A DNA stretch of 46,266 nucleotides from Spirochaetales bacterium (GTDB lineage Bacteria > Spirochaetota > Spirochaetia > Treponematales > UBA12059): NCBI GenBank assembly GCA_016928955.1, contig JAFGJV010000022.1, positions 1 through 46,266 of the forward strand. The letters run 5' to 3'. Under the pieces are notes generated by a model that ran no database searches, was not told where the DNA came from, and saw nothing but the letters and a program-made list of their open reading frames with translations. How positions within the stretch are numbered: position 1 is the stretch's first letter; each line of letters begins with the position of its first letter. The translations under genes were made by a program, and so were the position numbers. Below, piece by piece: positions 27,159-37,800 of the stretch.

Positions 27159-27162
27159 AAAC

Positions 27163-27507
27163 TCAGGCCTGTCCGCCGCCGCGTATCAGTTCCAGGTACA
27201 CCTGGTCGGCCAGGCCAAAGCCTGCGTTTTTGGCCATGGACTTTGCCCGTTCCTCGTACAGCATGTCCTCGAACACGTCTTGGGCAAAGCCGCCGTCCAG
27301 CAGGTCGGTTTTGCCCACCGTGGCCCGCATTTCCTTGAGCATCATCTGCACGAACAGCGACTCGAATTCCACGCACTGCTCGTACAGCTTGCCCGAGCGG
27401 TCTATGTTTTTGGGTTGGATTACGTCGGTTCCCGAACCCTGGAGGGCCGAGGGAACCTTTATGGGCTGGTAGCGCCAGGCGGCTGACGCGCTCGTGTCCA
27501 CGGTCAC
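27163..27507 (-). CDS. flgJ: FlgJ-like rod-binding protein (no muramidase domain)
   Basis: EFESLFVQMMLKEMRATV...FEDMLYEE...GLADQVYLEL; 114 aa; downstream of flgG. Confidence 0.85.
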   Translation of the reverse strand: MTVDTSASAAWRYQPIKVPSALQGSGTDVIQPKNIDRSGKLYEQCVEFESLFVQMMLKEMRATVGKTDLLDGGFAQDVFEDMLYEERAKSMAKNAGFGLADQVYLELIRGGGQA

Positions 27508-27519
27508 TCAGGCCACCCC

Positions 27520-28314
27520 TTAGCGTTTCAGGTTCGTGGCCGTACCCAGCATGTTGTCGCTGGTCTGTATGGCCTTGGAATTGAATTCGTAAGCGCGCTG
27601 GGCGGTGATCATGTTGACCATCTCCCGCACAACCGACACGTTGGACATTTCCAGGAAACGGTGGATGGTCTTGCCCATGCCGTCAAAGCCCGGGCGCCCG
27701 GGTATGGGATCCCCGGAGGCGTTGCTCAGCTTGAACAGGTTCTCGCCCACGGCGGTCAGGCCCACGGGGTTGGGGAAGCGGTACAGCTCGATGCGGCCCA
27801 CGTCTATAGGGTCGTCCAGGCCGGGCACCTTGACGCTGATGCGGCCGTCCTGGCTGACGTTCAGGCTTTCAGGTATGAAGTTTTCCGGCAGGACCACTTC
27901 CGGCATCAGCTTGTAGCCGTTGGACGTCACGATCTGGCCGTTTGCGTCTATCTTGAAGGAGCCGTCCCTGGTGTAGCCGTAACTGCCGTCGTACAGCATG
28001 ACGCGGAAAAACCCGTCGCCCATGATGGCAATGTCCGACACGTTTTCCGTGTTCTGGAGGGCGCCCTGGGTGAACTGCCTCTGGGTGGCCGCCAGCTTGA
28101 CGCCGTGGCCCATCTGAACCGGCACGGGCACCACAGTGTCCTCGGTGGCCGGAGTCCCCGCCACGCGCACCGTCTGGTATATCAGGTCCTCAAAATCGGC
28201 CCGCATACGCTTATAGCCCGACGTGTTCACGTTGGCCAGGTTGTTGGATATCGTGTCTATGCTGGCCTGTTGGCCTATCATGCCGCTGGCCGCAGTCCAC
28301 AAGCTTCGTACCAT
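27520..28314 (-). CDS. flgG: Flagellar basal-body rod protein FlgG
   Basis: MVRSLWTAASGM...ISNNLANVNTSGYK, YTRDGSF, LEMSNVSVVREMVNMITAQRAYEFNSKAIQTSD. Confidence 0.97.
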   Translation of the reverse strand: MVRSLWTAASGMIGQQASIDTISNNLANVNTSGYKRMRADFEDLIYQTVRVAGTPATEDTVVPVPVQMGHGVKLAATQRQFTQGALQNTENVSDIAIMGDGFFRVMLYDGSYGYTRDGSFKIDANGQIVTSNGYKLMPEVVLPENFIPESLNVSQDGRISVKVPGLDDPIDVGRIELYRFPNPVGLTAVGENLFKLSNASGDPIPGRPGFDGMGKTIHRFLEMSNVSVVREMVNMITAQRAYEFNSKAIQTSDNMLGTATNLKR

Positions 28315-28546
28315 GAGCTCTCCCCGGGGCGAGCGCGCCCCATCCTTACTATGGTCGGCGCGTCTATGCTCAACATTGAGCGACGCTTTTTGCGTCGAGC
28401 GCCGCGTCGTTAGCCAAGCGCGCGGACGGGGGCCTGGGCGGTCGCCGTACTTGAATGAAGATTCGTTATCGCGCGCGCAAATGATTGAAAAAACAAGGCG
28501 CGGCGAAGCACGGGCCGATTCTATTTGAGCGTCTTCCCCGTAATAA

Positions 28547-28654
28547 GGGAGCCTCGAAAAATTTCAGGTTTTCGAGGGTTACCTTAGAAAACCTAGCGTT
28601 TTCGGCCGAAAACGCAGGGAACCTCTAATAACCATGGGGTTTTTAGAGGTTCCC
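28547..28654. repeat. AT-rich multi-palindromic element with imperfect terminal inverted repeats (REP/MITE-like)
   Basis: Ends GGGAGCCTCGAAAAA and TTTTTAGAGGTTCCC (13/15 inverted match); three internal palindromes at 28552-28577, 28596-28615 (perfect 20-mer) and 28617-28654. Confidence 0.65.
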
Positions 28655-28688
28655 ATAATTAGTAAACGATAAATTCCGCGAGAAAAAT

Positions 28689-28717
28689 TTGACAGATCCA
28701 ATAAGCCGTTGTAGCGT
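28689..28717 (+). promoter_or_regulatory. Candidate sigma70 promoter of the PKS-NRPS operon
   Basis: TTGACA-17 bp-TAGCGT preceded by an A-rich tract, about 180 bp upstream of the PKS start. Confidence 0.55.
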
Positions 28718-28894
28718 GACTCTCTGCGGCGTTACGTTTCTATTCCGCTCGGGAATACCAAGCCGTGCTCCGCGGTCCGGTTATTAATTCATAGCCCATA
28801 GATCTCGTATAGGAAGTCTTCCGCCGGGAGTTTCGTCGTCTCCGGAGGAACCGGGGCTTCTTCTACCCCGCACGCTTCCGAGATGGAGGATGGA

Positions 28895-31800
28895 ATGAAG
28901 TCCAAGGCGGCCAGGGAACCCATCGTCATAGCGGGTATTGGATGCGCGTTCCCGGGAGGGGCGGATTGTCCCGACGCGTTCTGGAAACTGCTCCTTGACG
29001 GCAGGGATACGGTGACCACCGTGCCGCCCAGCCGTTGGGACGCCGATGCCTTCTACCACCCGGACTGGACCGTGTACGGCAAGATACACAGCAAGTACGG
29101 GTCCTTCCTTTCGGACGAGCAGCTGGAAACCTTTGACCCCCTGTTCTTCGGAATTCCCCCGCTGGCCGCCCAGAAGATGGACGTGCAGCAGCGCTGGCTC
29201 CTGGAGGCGTCGTTCCGGGCGCTTGAGGACGCGGGCGTAGGGTTGGAAACCGTGGACGGCTCCAACTGCGGTGTCTACATAGGCGTATCCGCCAAGGAAT
29301 ACGGCGAGCTGGTCATGAGCGACCATGTCCGCGACGTCATAGACGGCAACAGCATAGTGGGCAACTCGGCCGCCATTTGCTCCAACCGCATATCGTACAT
29401 CTTCAACCTGAAGGGTCCCAGCATCACCATGGACACGGCCTGCTCGTCGTCCTTGGTCGCCCTGCACACGGCCTGCCAAGCTATCTGGAACGGGGATATA
29501 GACGCGGCCCTGGTGGGCGGCGTCAACGCCATATTGTCGCCTGAAGTGTCATTGGCCTTTTCCACCGGCGGCTACCTGTCGCCGGACGGGCGCTGCAAGG
29601 CCTTTGACCACAGGGCCAACGGCTATGTGCGCGCTGAGGGCGTGGGCGTGGTGTACCTTCTGCCGGCGTCCAAGGCGCGCGACGCGTACGCGTCCATATT
29701 GGGCACGGCCCTGACCCAGGACGGCTTTACCGTGGGTATCAGCCAGCCTGATCCCGAAGCCCAGGCTCGGGTCATCCGGAACGCGTGCGCGTCGGCCGGC
29801 GTGGATCCGGCCGAGCTGTCGTACGTGGAGGCGCACGGCACGGGCACCGCCGTGGGCGATGTAGTGGAAGCCCAGTCCATAGGCCGGGCGGTGGGGCAGG
29901 CGCGCGGAGACGCGGGGCCGATCCTTGTCGGTTCGGTAAAAACAAACATAGGCCACTGCGAGCCTGCCTCCGGCATGGCGGGCCTTGTCAAAGTGGCGCT
30001 CAGCCTGAAGGAAGGCGTCATTCCCGGCAACCTGCATTTCCAGAAACCCAACCCCGGTGTGGATTTTGACCAGCTCAATATAGAAGTGGCTGTGGGACAG
30101 AGAGCCTGGCCGAACGGCCGGCGGCTGGCCGGCGTCAATTCCTTTGGCTTTGGCGGCACCAACGCTCATGTGGTGCTCGGAGAGGCGCAGGATGTTCCGG
30201 CGCCCAAGAAAACCGCCGCGGCCGCCCCTCGGCCGCTGTTTACCCTGAGCGCCAGGTCCAAGAAGGCGCTCTCCGCTTCCATGCTGAGGTACGCCGACTG
30301 GCTGGACGAGCATCCCGACCTGAACATGAACGACGTATGCGCCACCCAGGCCTTGCACCGCTCGGCCTTTCCCTGGCGCTTTGCGTTAGGCGTGCGCGAC
30401 CGGGAAAGCCTGTCCGCACTGCTCAGGCAGGCGGCCACGGGCGACGCGCCCCAGGGCTCGGCGCTGGGACGGGCGGAAGATGCCAGACCGGGCGTGGCTT
30501 TTGTGTTCTCGGGCCAGGGCGGCCAGTGGTGGGGTATGGCCCGGGACCTGATGGACGGCAGTCCCTCCTTTATGGAAACGCTCCGGCTGTGCGCGATCAC
30601 GATACAGTCCTTCACGGGCAGGGATCTTGAAGCGGAGCTACGCAAAGACGAGGAAAGCTCGATAATCGGCACATCGTTCGGGCAACTGGCATTGCTGGCC
30701 GTGCAGATGGCCTCGGTGAGCCACTGGGCGTCCCTGGGCGTCAGGCCGGCAGCCGTGGTTGGCCACAGCATAGGCGAGGTGGCCGCGGCCTGGACTTCCG
30801 GCGTCATCGGGCTGGAAGACGCCATACGCATCGTGTACCAGCGCATGCTGGTTTTGGACGAGATATCCGGTTTTGGAACCATGTTGGCCGTTGGCCTGTC
30901 GGAGAAAGACGCCGAACGCTATCTGGCAGACTCCGGCCTGAGCTCGGAGATAGGCACGGTCAACGGGCCGTCCTTGGTCACCTTCTCAGGCGCCAGGGAC
31001 GAGCTGGAACGGGCGGCCGCCGATCTGGAAGCCAAGGGCGTGTACGCAAAATTCCTCAAGGTTACCGGCCCCTTCCACAGCCGCCACATAGAGCGCTACC
31101 GGGAACGAATCGTGGGGGAATTCGCCTATCTCAGGCCCGCATCCCCGACTGTACCCTACTATTCGAGCGTTAGCGGCTCGTTGCTGTCCGGTCCCATCTT
31201 TGACGCGGACTACACCTACCGCAACCTCAGACAGCGGGTGCGGTTCGCCCAGGCTATAGAGCGCATGATAGACGACGGCTGGACCAGCTTTGTGGAAATC
31301 GGGCCGCATCCCAGCCTGGTGCCCTACGTGGCCGAGACGGCTACGGCTAGGCGCCGGCCCTGCCAGGTGTTGCCGACCATGCGGCGCAAGGAAAACGACT
31401 GGGACGTATGCCTGGCCACGCTGGCCGCCCTCCATGTCCAGGGTTGTGACGTGGACATAGGCGCGCCCTGGAAGGACGGGACCTATGTCCGCCAGAGGCC
31501 GCCGGCCTATCCCTTCCAGAAGGAACGCTACTGGTTCGAGAAAGCCGCGTCCAGGGCGTCGCGCATGGGCCGCCGCGTCCATCCCCTGGTCGCGTCGCGC
31601 TCCGACCTGCCCGGCAGGGAGGGCACCCATGCCTGGAAGCTGATGCTGTCCAAGCGTGTGGTGCCGTGGATAGCCCAGCATGTGGTGCAGGGCGGCATCA
31701 TCTTCCCGGCCGCGGGTATATGCGAAACGGCCCTGGGCTGCGCCCAGGACGCCTTTGGCGAGCGCTTCGTCGCCCTGGAGGATCTCAGGTTCATGCAGGG

Positions 31801-34800
31801 CGTGTACCTTCCCAAGGGCGACGAGGAGGAGCCGGAGATCGTGCTGTCCGTGTCGGGCGACGACGGGTCCTTCAGCGTGGCGTCCCGGCCGGCTGACGCG
31901 TCCGGGGCCTGGACCACGCACTGCGCCGGCCGCATGACCCACCGGGGCCGGGCACCGGACCGCGACATACCCGATGTGGCCGTGGCGCGAGCGTCGTTCA
32001 CGGAGGCGGACCGGGACGATTTTGAGCCCATCTACCGCAAGATGGCGGAGAACGGCCTTGAGCTCGGTCCGTCGTTCCGCGCAATCAGGCGTATATGGAT
32101 ACGGGCAGGCGGGCAGTGGCTGGGCGAGGCTTACGGCGAGGTGGAGGCGGACGAGCGCGACGGCTTTGACCTGGACTCGTACAACATACACCCGGCCGTG
32201 CTGGACTCCTGCTGGCAGATTCTCATCCCGGTGATCGTGCGTCACACGGGTGACGACGACATGCTGTGCCTGCCCGTGTCCGTGGGCAGTTTCAGGTTGT
32301 TGCGGGCGCCTCGAGGGGTCCTCTCCTGTTACGGGCGCCTGCGCTCCACGGACGGCCGGTCCTTTGTGACCGACGTGTGGGTATACGACGCCGAGGGCCG
32401 GCCCTGCCTGGAAATCCTGGGCTTTACCGTGCGGCACATAGAAGGCACCGGCCATGACGCGGCCGCGCGCGTGGCCGCCATAAGCTACCGCCCCAGCTGG
32501 AACGACTCTCCCCTGGTGCTGGCCGAGGGCGCCGTGAAAACGCTGCCGTCGGACATGAGGCCGGGAGGAACCTGGCTGGTGTTCATGGACGCCGCGCAGT
32601 CGCTTGGCGGCGTGGTGGTCGGCCTTAGGGAACTCGGTGAACGCGTGGTGGTGGCGCTGCCGGGCGTTTCCTATGACCTGCGTGGCGACGAGGCGACTCT
32701 GGCGCGGCAAGACGCCGGGGATATGGCCCGGCTCGTGGCCGAAATGGGTCCCGGGAGCGTTCGCGGCCTGGTGTACGGCTGGAGCCTGGACCGCGCGACG
32801 GCCGCCGGACAGGCCTTTGGCGACGGGTCCGCGGCCGCCCTGGAGACGCTTGCCCTGCTCCGGCCGCTGTGCGCGCTTCCCCAGCCGCCGCGGACCTGGG
32901 TGCTGACGCGTCAGGCTTCAGACGCGGGCCCCGATCCCGATCCCGCCCTTGCCGGAGCTGTGGGCGTGGCCCGGGTGGCCATGCATGAGCATCCGGCTTT
33001 GGCGCTGACCCTGGTGGATATGGACTCGGATGGCGCTCCGCCCTTGGACGAATTCCTGCGCCGAGAGAACGACGAGGAAGTGGCCTGGCTGGGAGACAGG
33101 CGCGTGGCCCGCGTGATTGTCCACACGGACCCAGACCGGGAGCGCCTGGACGCCCTGAAGCCGCTGGACAAAAATACGGTCTTTGGCCTGGCTCTGGACA
33201 GGCAGTCCGGTTCCGATACGGCTGTCCTTCGGGCCGTCCAGGCTCCGGTCCCCGGACCCGGGGAGGTTGAAGTTCTGGTGTCGCATGTGGCACTGGACAC
33301 CAAAGGACGGCTGTCCGGCCCGGCGGATGCCTACCCGGCCCGGGCTTTTTCCGGAGTGGTCGGTAGGGTGGGGCCCGGCGTGGCGGGATTCTCGGAAGGC
33401 GACGCGGTGGCCGGTGTCCTGGCGGCCGCGCCAGCCAATAGGCTGCGTGTGGACGCGCGGTGCCTGCGCGTTTTGAAACCTGGCGCGGACCCGGCCCAGG
33501 CAGCGGCCGCTGAATGGAACGGGCTCGTGGCAGCCTCCGTGCGCGGCACGCTCGCGGGGCTTGCCGCTGATGCGTCCGTTGTGGTGGTGGCCAGCCCTTC
33601 GTCGCCCTGGCGTGAACTTGTGGCGGCCCTGGGCACCCGGCCCGTGTCAGTGGCTCCCGTGGGCGGCCTGGATTCGGCGGAGCTTGAGCGCGCTGGCGCC
33701 GTGGCCGTTCCGGAAGGCGCCGAACTGGGCGCGGATGCCGTGGTGTGCCTGGCGGCGGAAGCCAATCTGTACCTGGCGTCCCGATCCTTGCGCCACGGAG
33801 GCCTGATCGTGGTGGCCGACCGCGCCTGCCTGGACGCGGGGGGACAGGTGCCCGCGTCGGTATTGTCGCGCTGTTCGAGTGTGACCACGGTGGATGAAAC
33901 GGCACTGGATGGAAATCACGAGGCATTGCCGGGTCCGTTCCGGCTGTTCACGCTTGCCCAGGCTTCCGATGCCTTGTCCGCGCGCCGGGCGGGGCCCTGC
34001 GCCGTGCTTGACCTGGGCGCCACTGAAGGCGCTAGTTTGTCTCCGGCACGGAGTCTGGCCGAGCTGGTCAGGGCGGACGCCACGTACGTGGTTACGGGAG
34101 GCCTAAAAGGACTCGGCCTGGCCATCAGCGAATTCCTGTGCACAAGCGGCGCGCGTCACCTGGTGCTGGTCGGGCGGAGCGGCGCGGACAGCGACGAGGC
34201 CCGCGCCGGGCTGGTAAAACTGGAAGACGCGGGCGCGGTCGTGCGGGTGGTCAGGGGAGACGTCAGCGACCCGAGCGTTGCGGAATCCTTGTTCCGACAG
34301 GACGGATTCCCACCGGTGCGCGGCGTGGTGCACTGCGCCGCCGTGTTTGATGACGCCCTGCTGGCCGATATGGACGCGGAGCGCTTCCTTGGCGTATACG
34401 GCCCAAAGGCACGGGGTGCTTTCAACCTGCACAGGGCGGCCGGTCCCATGGATTTCTTCCTCTGTTTCAGCTCAGTGTCCGCCGCCTACGGCAATCCCTC
34501 GCAGGCCAATTACGCGGCCGCCAACGCCTATCTGGATTCCCTGTGCCTGAGTCGTCGTGTCCGCGGGCTTGGCGGCCTGGCTTTGGCCTGGGGCGTGATA
34601 GGCGGCGCAGGGTACGTGGCCCGGAACGGCAAGGTGGCCGACATGCTGGGCGCCCAGGGCTGGAAACCCCTGTCCTTGCGCGACATAGGGGAGACCCTGG
34701 ATGCCTACCTGCCGGCCGACCCGGGCTACCGCCTGGTCATGGACCTGGATTGGGCCAAGCTCGGGCAGATCAACCCAGCCGACCGGAGCAGCGCCCGCTT

Positions 34801-37800
34801 TGGCGCCCTGACAGGCGCAGGGTCGGGCCCGTCGGAATTGTCCGATAGCCTGGCCGACCGTCTGGCCACATTGGATCCCACGGAAGCCAAAGCTGTTCTT
34901 GAGGCCGAGTTGTCCGCCCAGGTGGCGCGCATAGCCGGCCTGGCCCTGGACGACGTGGATCCGGACGAGCCCATCACGGCGCTCGGGCTGGACTCCCTCA
35001 TGGTCAACCAGCTGCGCAACTGGATCATGGCGGCGCTCAAGACCCAGGTAACCATGATGAAGCTGATGATGGGGCCCAGCGTCAGGGCCCTGGCGGGTTC
35101 CCTGCTGGACGGCAGCTCGGACGCCGCTACCGAGGGCAATGAAACCAATCCCTTCTCCAAGCCCATACCGGCGGCTCCGGACGCGGACAGCTATCCGGTG
35201 ACGTCCAGCCAGCGCCGCGTGCTCCTGTTGTCGCACCTGGACCCGTCCAGCGTCAACTACAACATACCCGTGGCCGTGCGCATACGCGCGGACGTGGACC
35301 CCGAGCGGGCCCTGGCGGCCTTCCGTACCCTGGTGCAGTCCTACGAGACCCTCCGCACGTCCTTTGTGTTCGAGGGCGGCGAATTCCGCCAGCGCGTGCA
35401 CAGCCGTGTGGACATAGAGGCGGCCTACGACGAGTTTCCGGAAACGGAGGTGGATCTCCGCCTGGCCGCGTTCTTCAAGCCGTTTGACCTCGGCAAGGCT
35501 CCGCTCTGCCGGGCCCTGGTGGCCAAGCTGGCCGAACGCGACTACCTCCTGGTCATCGAGATGCACCATTCCATCATAGACGCCAATTCGGGCGGCATAC
35601 TTCTGGACGCCTTTTTCAGGATTTACTCGGGCGCGGAACCCGAGCCCGAGCGCGTCCGCTACCGCGACTACGCCGTGTGGGAGGCGGGCCTCCGCGCGGA
35701 CGGGGCCTACGCGGGAAGCGAGGCGTTCTGGCTGGACAGGCTGAAGGGTCCGCTGCCGTCCCTGGACTTGCCCACCGATTTCCCGCGGCCACGGCGGCAG
35801 AGCTTTGAGGGTGACGAGGTGCGCTTCAGGCTCGGTCCCGCCCGCGTGGGCCAGCTGAAGGACCTGGCCGCCAAGACGGGCGCCACCCTGTCCATGGTGC
35901 TCCTGGCCGCGTTCAAGACCCTCCTCCACCGCTACTCGGGCCAGGAGGACATGATCGTGGGCCTGCCGGCTTCAGCCAGGCGGCACGCCGACCTGGAGCG
36001 GCTCATGGGCATGCTGGTCAGCACCATACCCCTGCGGAGCGCGCCGGCGTCGCGCAAGCGCTTTGTGGACTACCTGACCGAGCTCAAGGGCATAGCCATA
36101 GAGTCATACGAGAACCAGGACTATCCCTTTGACGACCTCTTTGAGCGCCTGGTGGTGGACCGCGAGCTGAGCCGCAATCCCCTGTACGACGTGTCCTTCA
36201 CCTTCCAGGACGTGGACCTGTCCTTCTCCGCTCTGGCCGCCGACGGATCGGTGGATGCGTACCGCCTGCCCAGGCGGGCGGTGCGTTTTGACCTGGGCCT
36301 GGAGTGCTTTGAGCGCGACGAGGGCGTGGACGTGGCCCTGTGCTACGCAACCAGGCTGTTCCGTCCGGAAAGCGCCCGGCGCATGGCTTCCAGCCTTGAG
36401 CGCATCCTGGACGCCGTGTCGGAAGATCCCAAGCTGAAAATAGGCGAACTGCCCGTGCTCTCGGAAGCCGAACGGGCCATGCTGGCAAGCGGCATGGAAC
36501 GCCGCGCGGACATTCCGGACGGCTCGTGGTTCGGGCTGTTCGAGATGGCGGCCGCCGCACACGCGGACAAGCCGGCTCTGGTCGGAACCGCTGGCGTTGT
36601 CCTTTCGTACGGCGCCCTTCTGGACCGGGCCCTGAGGGTGGCCGGCGCCGTGCTCGGCGCAGGGGCAACACCGGGGCAGAGGGTGGCCGTGCTGGCCGAG
36701 CGCCATGAGGACACGGTGGCGGCCATCCTCGGGGTGCTGGCGGCCGGCTGTTCCTTTGTTCCCTTTGACCCGGCGTATCCGGACGCCCGCCTTGCGGACA
36801 TGGCCGGGGACGCGGGCATTCGTCTGTGCCTCGGCCGGGCGGCCTTGAAGGATAGGGCCAGCGCGGTCGGCCTGGGCTTTGTCGATTCCCAGGGAGGCGA
36901 TCGGGCCGCCACCGCCACGCCCAGTTCAGGCGGGGACGAGGCCTACGTCATCTTTACCTCCGGTTCCACAGGCCGGCCCAAGGGCATAGCCGTCAGCCAC
37001 CGGAGCCTGCTCAACTACTGCTCATGGCACAACCGCCACTACGGGCTGGGGCCGGGCGAGGTGTGCTCCAAGTACGCGTCGTTCTCCTTTGACGGCGGCC
37101 TCAAGGAATTCCTGCCGCCTCTCCTGGCGGGAGCCGCCGTGGCGGTTGTACCGGACGACCCGGACCTGCTCCTGGACACGGAAAACCTGGCGCCCTGGCT
37201 GAAAGAACGTTCGGTCACTTGCGCGTACTTCCCCACGCCGGTGGCCGAGGAATTCATGAAAGGCGACCATGACCTGCCGGCCCTGAAGGCCGTCATTGCC
37301 GGCGGCGACAGGCTGCACGGGTACCGGCCGCTGAGCTATGCCCTGTACAACCACTACGGACCGGCCGAGTGCACCATATCGTCCACGGTCCACAGGGTGG
37401 AGCGGGGCGGGCCGTCCGTGCCCATAGGCCGGCCGATAGACAACACGGCCGTCTATGTGCTGGACGGGGATTCCACCCTGGTCCCTCCCGGCGTTTACGG
37501 GGAGATATGCATAGCGGGAGCCGGCGTTGCCCTTGGGTACGTGGACGGCGACGACCGGGGCCGCTTCAGGCAGGATCCCTTCTATCCCGGCCGCCTCATG
37601 TACCGCACCGGAGACTACGGCCGCTGGTCGGGCGGCGGTGACCAGGTCCTGGAATTCGCCGGCCGCAGGGACGGCCAGGTCAAGGTGCGGGGGCACCGCG
37701 TGGAAACGGCCGACGTGGAAGCGGCCATGGGCGGACTGCAGGGCGCCGGCCGCGTGCGCGTGCTGGCCCTGGGCGACAATTTGGCCGGCTGTTGGGACGG

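Noticed and set aside
28547..28654. Palindromic cluster as a CRISPR array
   Set aside because: Only two degenerate related units, no regular repeat-spacer period and no cas genes.
28707..28718. ops-like sequence (..GTAGCGTG) for RfaH loading
   Set aside because: Only a partial match to GGCGGTAGnnTG, and it overlaps the predicted -10, so it would not be in the transcribed leader.
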